From the NCBI GenBank assembly GCA_051532055.1, contig JAOPTX010000010.1:126175-167610 (forward strand): a DNA stretch of 41,436 nt. The letters run 5' to 3'. The DNA comes from Fibrobacterales bacterium (GTDB taxonomy: Bacteria > Fibrobacterota > Fibrobacteria > Fibrobacterales > JAOPTW01). The notes under the pieces were generated by a model. It had not been told where the DNA came from, made no database searches, and saw nothing but the letters and a program-made list of their open reading frames with translations. This document shows, piece by piece, positions 35,980-41,436 of this stretch. The translations under genes were made by a program, and so were the position numbers. Numbering within the stretch: position 1 is the stretch's first letter; each line of letters begins with the position of its first letter.

Positions 35980-37074
35980 TTACGGTTGTTTAAGTTGACG
36001 GTTTTCAAAATGTTTAGAATCTCCCCATTCGCCATAGCCAATGGTTTCACCAATATGAGCGACTTTACGCTCTATTGTCTCCTTGGCTTCTTCTTTCTCT
36101 TTAAAGAGACCGGGTTTTCCTTGATAGAGAAGATACTCTTCGTGATACTGTTTTGGAGTAAGGTTGGGCATCGCAATATTTGCTCCAGCCATGAGGCCAT
36201 GTTCTCTGCCATCAGGGTGGAGTGTCTCAAGGGCTGTTGTGGATGCAATGTTTATGTCTTTCATCATGATACGCAGTACAGAAATACATTTAATAGCAAG
36301 GATGTAACGTTCTTCTTTGCTTAAGAGTGTATCGCGATGTTTCCAGAGAGGAGTGCTTTCATGCTCTATATAGGGACCCATGCCGACCATATCTATATCG
36401 TATTCCTGAATAAAGAGGAGATCATTGGCAATGTCTTCTAGAGTTTGAAAGGGGAGGCCTATCATAAATCCAGTGCCTACTTGAAATCCTGCTTTGCGGA
36501 GATTGCCAAGAGCTTCGATTCTATCATCATAACAGTGAAATTCATCTGTAGGGTGAATTTTTTTATAGAGCTCTTGATTTGATTCTTCTATTCTAAGGAG
36601 GTATCGGTGAGCGCCAGCATCGTACCATTTTTTATAGGTTTCGAGGCTTTGTTCGCCACATGAAAGGGTGATGCCCAGTTCATTATTGGTCCGTTTCTTA
36701 ATTTTTTTGAGAAGTCTCTCTACGCGTTGGGTAAAGCGGGGGTCGGAACGCTCACCTGACTGAAGTACCACTGATGCAAAGTCACTTTTCCATGCAAAGT
36801 CAAAGGCATCAAGGACTTCATTATCGGTAACAGTATACCGACGTACTTTATCATTTTCTCGGCGAATACCACAGTAGTAACAATTTTTTGCACAGGTATT
36901 TGAAAACTCAACGAGTCCCCTTAAGTAGACTTTAGTACCTACATTCTCTTTTTTAACTCTATAGGCGTGTTGTTTAAGGAGCTCAATCTCATCGGGATCA
37001 GTGGTTGAGAGAAGAGCCACAATATCACTTTGATTAAAGTGGCTCTTGTAGAGAATATCTTGAATACCTGACAT
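35980..37074 (-). CDS. hydE: [FeFe]-hydrogenase radical SAM maturase HydE
   Basis: RGLVEFSNTCAKNCYYCGIR, VLQSGE, GAHRYLLRIE, GMGPYI, GANIAMPN and YLLYQGK. Confidence 0.95.
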   Translation of the reverse strand: MSGIQDILYKSHFNQSDIVALLSTTDPDEIELLKQHAYRVKKENVGTKVYLRGLVEFSNTCAKNCYYCGIRRENDKVRRYTVTDNEVLDAFDFAWKSDFASVVLQSGERSDPRFTQRVERLLKKIKKRTNNELGITLSCGEQSLETYKKWYDAGAHRYLLRIEESNQELYKKIHPTDEFHCYDDRIEALGNLRKAGFQVGTGFMIGLPFQTLEDIANDLLFIQEYDIDMVGMGPYIEHESTPLWKHRDTLLSKEERYILAIKCISVLRIMMKDINIASTTALETLHPDGREHGLMAGANIAMPNLTPKQYHEEYLLYQGKPGLFKEKEEAKETIERKVAHIGETIGYGEWGDSKHFENRQLKQP

Positions 37075-37097
37075 GAAACTCCTTAAGGAACGGGTGG

Positions 37098-38522
37098 TTA
37101 GAAATAGATATCGCGTTCGCCGTCTTTAATATCTTGAAGATATTGTTTGGTTAGTTTTTTGGTTTTCTCTTTTGCAATATCGTTATCAACCATCTTTTGT
37201 ATGAGCTTTTCTCCATCTTCTTTGAGATCTTTATCCGCAAAATCTTGTAGATATTCCTCAAAGGTAAGGAGGCCGTTGGGGAGACAGTGGTCTTTTATGA
37301 GGCCTGGTTTTGCAAGGTCCATAAAGTCTGCGCCCACTCGTCCACGGCGGTAACAGCCGGTACAGAAAGATGGTACATGGTCGGCATCAACAACATCTTT
37401 GAGGACATCAAGCATAGGGCGTTCATCACCAAGTGAAAACTGTCCTGCCATTCCTTCTTCTGCTTCTTCTTCGAATGTTCCTTCTTCGCCTTCGTATCCA
37501 CCCGGGTTTGTTTTTGAGCCCGCTGAAATTTGAGAGATTCCGAGTGAAAACGCATCACGTCGCATTTGAGCATTTTCTCGTGTACTGAGGATAATGCCGG
37601 TGTACGGTACTGCAAGTCTGAGAACTGATATGATTTTTTTGAAATCTTCATCACTCACTGCAAACGGAGGTTGTTCACTAATGTCTGATTCGTGTGCAGG
37701 TTCAAGACGCGGTACTGAGATAGTATGTGGTCCTAGGCCAAAAGTAGACTCTAGGTGATTTATGTGTTGAAGAAGTGCAAGTATTTCGTACTTCCAGTCG
37801 TAGAGACCAAAAAGTACGCCGATCCCTACATCATCAAAACCGGCTTCGAACGCACGGTCAATTGCTTGAAGGCGGAAATCATAATTTGATTTAGGGCCTT
37901 TGACATGGACACTTTCATAGGTATCTCTATGATAGGTCTCTTGGAAGAGTTGGTAGGTACCAATATCATGGGCGTAGAGTTTTTTAAACTCTTCGACAGT
38001 GAGGGGGGCAATATTAACATTTATGCGACGAATATTGCCTTTGTCCGTTTTTGTTGCGTATACTGTTTTAATTGACTCCAAGACATAGTCCAGGCCTTTT
38101 TTACCATAGGCTTCACCAGCAACAAGTAACATTCTCTTGTGGCCTTGGGCAATAAGTTGTTCAGTCTCATGCTTAATTTCGTGTTGTTCAAGTGAACGAC
38201 GTATTAATTTAGTATTGTCTTTTCTAAAGGCACAATAGGTACATTCATTGTTACAAAGGTTCGAAATGTACATTGGTGCAAATAGTACCAAGCGGTTCCC
38301 ATAAATCGCTTCTTTCACAAAGTTTGCGGTTCTGAAAATCTCTTGGGTAAGCTCTTCATCTTCTACCCTAAGAAGTGTGAGAACATCTTGGTAATCAATG
38401 CCTTTAAGTTTTGATGCTTTTTCAAGGACAGCATGTACTGCTTCTGCAGATGTATCAATAGGTTTAGTAAGTTCTTCGCGTATCTTCGCGTCGTCAATTA
38501 TCTTTTTATATTCTGTACTCAT
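37098..38522 (-). CDS. hydG: [FeFe]-hydrogenase radical SAM maturase HydG
   Basis: FAPMYISNLCNNECTYC, FQETYH, GPHTISVPR, and auxiliary cluster motif FCTGCYRRGR...HCLPN. Confidence 0.96.
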   Translation of the reverse strand: MSTEYKKIIDDAKIREELTKPIDTSAEAVHAVLEKASKLKGIDYQDVLTLLRVEDEELTQEIFRTANFVKEAIYGNRLVLFAPMYISNLCNNECTYCAFRKDNTKLIRRSLEQHEIKHETEQLIAQGHKRMLLVAGEAYGKKGLDYVLESIKTVYATKTDKGNIRRINVNIAPLTVEEFKKLYAHDIGTYQLFQETYHRDTYESVHVKGPKSNYDFRLQAIDRAFEAGFDDVGIGVLFGLYDWKYEILALLQHINHLESTFGLGPHTISVPRLEPAHESDISEQPPFAVSDEDFKKIISVLRLAVPYTGIILSTRENAQMRRDAFSLGISQISAGSKTNPGGYEGEEGTFEEEAEEGMAGQFSLGDERPMLDVLKDVVDADHVPSFCTGCYRRGRVGADFMDLAKPGLIKDHCLPNGLLTFEEYLQDFADKDLKEDGEKLIQKMVDNDIAKEKTKKLTKQYLQDIKDGERDIYF

Positions 38523-38661
38523 GGGCGTTCCACTTTTGTAATGAGTGCTCTTGTTTATGCTGTAAAGATACCTAAAAAGGCCGTTTTTTCTTTGATGGGG
38601 GTCAACAAAATTACAACTTTATAACAGATTGAAAACGTGAAAAAGTAACATAAATAGGGGG

Positions 38662-39300
38662 CTATTCAGCAGGGATGTTTTGGTTTGCTTTGGCAAAATA
38701 GGCTGTTTTTTCAATAGCCATAGTTATGTCTATATTTTCCAAATAGACATCTTTGGGGACCTTAAGGTGAACGGGAGCAAAATTGACTATACCCTTGATG
38801 CCAGCATTAATGAGGGTGTCAGCTATAGCTTGGGCATCTGATGCAGGGACTGTTAAAATACCAATAGTTATATTGTGTTCTTTTATGGCGTCCAACATAG
38901 TATTAATATGAAAACTGTTACATCCTGAAATGACGCGGTTTATCTTTTGGGGATCGTCATCGAATGCTGCAACAATTGAAATTGTTGGCTTCCGGTTCGA
39001 AAAATAGGTAAGTACAGCACGACCCAGGTTGCCCACTCCGATCATACAGGCGTTTTGTGTTTGATCGCTATCAATAATCTTACGAATTTCCTGGAGAAAC
39101 TCTTTGATGAGGTACCCTTTTTGTGGTGAGCCAGTGAGTGTGAGGAGCATAAGGTCTCTGCGAACCTGGGCTGGAGAGCTATTTATGTCGGAAGCGAGTT
39201 CATGAGAAAATATATGGGTTTTACCGAGAGAGATAAAGTTCATAAGAATCTGCCGATATCGACAGAGTCGCTCTATGCTCTTTGCTGATATATTATCCAT
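38662..39300 (-). CDS. rex: Redox-sensing transcriptional repressor Rex
   Basis: ERL..Y, SHELA, AQVRRDL, GVGNLGRA, AAFDDDP, ILTVP and GIVNFAP. Confidence 0.95.
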   Translation of the reverse strand: MDNISAKSIERLCRYRQILMNFISLGKTHIFSHELASDINSSPAQVRRDLMLLTLTGSPQKGYLIKEFLQEIRKIIDSDQTQNACMIGVGNLGRAVLTYFSNRKPTISIVAAFDDDPQKINRVISGCNSFHINTMLDAIKEHNITIGILTVPASDAQAIADTLINAGIKGIVNFAPVHLKVPKDVYLENIDITMAIEKTAYFAKANQNIPAE

Positions 39301-39385
39301 TAGTGCTCCTTTAGATGGTGTTGGGTGTTTTTTTTGCCCAATGAGGTATCACAATGGGAAGCGAAAGCTCTAAATATACTATTAA

Positions 39386-39403
39386 ATGTGAAAATATTAA
39401 CGT
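39386..39403. promoter_or_regulatory. Candidate Rex operator upstream of rex
   Basis: ATGTGAA-AATA-TTAACGT compared with consensus TTGTGAA-N4-TTCACAA; 85 bp upstream of the rex ATG. Confidence 0.65.
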
Positions 39404-39446
39404 AAAAGTACAATCACCGTTATTATACTCACGGTGGCATAAGAAT

Positions 39447-39472
39447 GGCCACCCAACTTATGTAGGGTGGCC
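39447..39472. terminator. GC-rich hairpin downstream of the 39505 gene, possible terminator
   Basis: GGCCACCC-N10-GGGTGGCC; only a weak U-tract on the minus strand. Confidence 0.45.
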
Positions 39473-39504
39473 GAGTATTTTTTTATTGAAAAGCTAGAAA
39501 TGTG

Positions 39505-40386
39505 TTAAGGAGCTAACTCAAAGAGGAGGTAGTTAATAGTGAAATTACTCTCTTCTGGTGAAATAAATTTAAGGGTGTACTCACCTGCATCGAGATAAAG
39601 GAGTTCTTCAATAGTGCTCCATTTACCGTTTGCTGGTATTTGGAATGTTGTCTCTGTTTCAAAAGTACTCTCAGTTGACGCAAGAGGTACCTCAAGGATG
39701 TAGGGCGAATCATTAGGTTCCCCCATTACTCGTAGCGAAAGGACGTAGGTTTGAGATTTGTCCACGAGTAGCTCGAAAGTAAGAGTATCAGCTCCCGATA
39801 GGAGAATACCGGTCGAATTACCAACATTAATAGTATCGGATATGATTTCTGAGTTTGCTTGAGGTGCTAGTGAAGGACTTGAGACCTCACCCAAGATAAT
39901 GGTATTCGAGCCGTCGCCCGACTCTTTGTCAGAAGAATCGGTCGGGGCCTCAGTGAGGAAAGAGCTGGAAGCTTCGTCTGATTCTTCTGAAGAGATAGAG
40001 GGAGTTTGGTCCTCAGATCTTTCGACACTCGAGATAATTGACTCTGAATCATCATTATGGTTTGAGGAATGACTTTCCTGAGAACTTATCTCTGTAACAT
40101 GTTCTTCAGAGGAATCGTCACTGTCTTCTGACGAATCAGAATAGTCCTCATCAGCCTCAGTTGAGCTTTCGAGGTCCACAGTTTTTGAGCCTGATGATTC
40201 ATCAGTGATATTTCCAGATAAATTATCGAATGAGCTTTGATCACTTATATTGTCTGAAGAGCTTCCTTCTGATAATTGAGTACTCGGATTCGAAATATCT
40301 GAGCCGCCACCTGCAAAAAGGTCACCTACAGCAGAACAGCCTGAGGTTAATAGTGCTATTATGAGAAGAGCGAATAGTTGTATCAT
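39505..40386 (-). CDS. Lipoprotein with long Ser/Asp-rich linker and C-terminal CBM6/35-like domain
   Basis: Start ATG 40386 (ATGA overlap with the TIGR02147 stop); lipobox LTSGC; DTLTFEL..YVLSLRV..W..LYLDAGEYTLKF..FTINYL beta-sandwich pattern. Confidence 0.7.
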   Translation of the reverse strand: MIQLFALLIIALLTSGCSAVGDLFAGGGSDISNPSTQLSEGSSSDNISDQSSFDNLSGNITDESSGSKTVDLESSTEADEDYSDSSEDSDDSSEEHVTEISSQESHSSNHNDDSESIISSVERSEDQTPSISSEESDEASSSFLTEAPTDSSDKESGDGSNTIILGEVSSPSLAPQANSEIISDTINVGNSTGILLSGADTLTFELLVDKSQTYVLSLRVMGEPNDSPYILEVPLASTESTFETETTFQIPANGKWSTIEELLYLDAGEYTLKFISPEESNFTINYLLFELAP

Positions 40387-41216
40387 ACTGTGCCCTGGTG
40401 GTTTTCTTTGGTGAGTGGAAAACATTGAAAATTCATATGGTAAACTCTGTTTTCTTGCGTGTCATTTTGCGCAATTTTTAAAATATCTTTTCGCGCTTTT
40501 TCCATTACAGCTTGTATTTTGCTGAACCCTTCATCTGATGCACTAATGGTAAGGCTTGAGGTGTCTCTCATTTTTGCAGGCATGGTATTGATAGCCTGGG
40601 ATGCAAGTGCAGAGGTCTCCATTAAAAAGTTGCCGATTTCAACAGATCTAGGTTTAGTACCGGCTGAGATTGTATCATTAGTTTGTGTATAGTACCCATT
40701 CTCATCAGGAGCGATTAGCCCAAGTTTTGTTAATAGGCTAATTGACTCTTTAGCTTCGCTCTCTGATATGGCAGGAATGAGGGATTTGGCAAGCTCTCTA
40801 TAGTTATCTTTAAATTTAAAATAGAAAAGTATTTCACGAATGGCAGTGTGGTGCCATTTTGAGTAAAATGTATATTGGTCGCGATTTAATACTTCCATAC
40901 TCAGTTTTTTGCACAAGAGCAGATTTTGAAAATATTTCTTCTGTTCCTCAACCGTTTTAGCTTGATTGTAGAGAACGAGGTTTTCAAAATAGAACTGTGC
41001 CTCTCCGGTTAACTTTAAAGCAGTGGTAAACTGCTCAATATTTTTTTGAGAGAGATTGCGTCTACTTTTTAAGACGTCCGAGAAGAATCCAGATGACTTG
41101 ATGCCGAGTTTTTGTGCAAAATACCGTTGGGAAAATTTTGCATTTAACTCTTTTTGTTCTGCATAGTAGTCAGCTAAATAGCTTCTGTAATCAGAGTAGT
41201 CAAAAATAGTTACCAC
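40383..41216 (-). CDS. TIGR02147-family (DUF4423-type) putative DNA-binding protein
   Basis: IFDYSDYRSYLADYY..FSQRYFAQKLG, FYSKWHHTAIRE and VYHMNFQCFP. Paralog of 3628..4461, with the same length (277 aa). Confidence 0.9.
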   Translation of the reverse strand: MVTIFDYSDYRSYLADYYAEQKELNAKFSQRYFAQKLGIKSSGFFSDVLKSRRNLSQKNIEQFTTALKLTGEAQFYFENLVLYNQAKTVEEQKKYFQNLLLCKKLSMEVLNRDQYTFYSKWHHTAIREILFYFKFKDNYRELAKSLIPAISESEAKESISLLTKLGLIAPDENGYYTQTNDTISAGTKPRSVEIGNFLMETSALASQAINTMPAKMRDTSSLTISASDEGFSKIQAVMEKARKDILKIAQNDTQENRVYHMNFQCFPLTKENHQGTV

Positions 41217-41436
41217 AATGTACTCTCTTTCATAGTATAGGTTTAATATACCGTGTGAACCGGTTGATTCTAATATAGCTTGCTAATACCGCTCCCAATC
41301 TGTGAGCACAGTAATTTTACAAAAGTTTATATATATAGCTTAATTGAGATCTTTGGGATGTTTTCACTGTTATTTAATACGTTGCTCAAATCAAAAAGCC
41401 TTACGAATGTGAGCAAATATGATTTTATGTTAAAAG

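Noticed and set aside
35980..38522. bioB and thiH calls for the two radical SAM genes
   Set aside because: The HydE motifs, HydG's C-terminal CxxC-x22-C cluster motif and the adjacent hydF support hydE and hydG.
39435..39449. GG-N10-GC sigma-54-like site (TGGCATAAGAATGGC)
   Set aside because: It points antisense into the end of a minus-strand gene and overlaps a hairpin; no target gene.

Overview
AT-rich bacterial chromosomal window, most likely from an anaerobic or facultative Fibrobacterota-like organism. This assignment is inferred from two TIGR02147-type genes, a FISUMP/Fib_succ_major-type lipoprotein and many Ser-rich-linker lipoproteins; a flgM-like gene with a sigma-28 promoter suggests it is flagellated. 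Left part (1-13.3 kb): 3' end of a stand-alone rpsD, RluA-family pseudouridine synthase, fur, aspartate kinase, flgM-like gene, TIGR02147 + lipoprotein pair, histidine kinase + sigma-54 response regulator, TPR-protein operon, argA, folE and a rubrerythrin-like gene. Middle (13.5-29.8 kb): a surface-glycan island built from a tandemly duplicated divergent module. Each copy has a CBM-like lipoprotein plus an unknown ~660-aa TPR/beta-barrel-like outer-membrane protein on the minus strand, opposite GH16 lipoprotein(s) on the plus strand. A FISUMP lipoprotein and a 911-aa clan GH-A lipoprotein with an internally duplicated N-terminal domain follow. This module is the best candidate for an undescribed system: a non-SusC/D beta-glucan uptake (or export) locus. 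Right part (29.9-41.4 kb, minus strand): a second TIGR02147 + CBM-lipoprotein pair, then rex with a Rex box, hydG-hydE-aspA-hydF ([FeFe]-hydrogenase maturation), pdxA, queG, an orphan solute-binding protein and a GGQ release-factor-like gene. No rRNA, tRNA, CRISPR array or mobile element was recognised. All family calls are from motif recognition by eye, without database searches.
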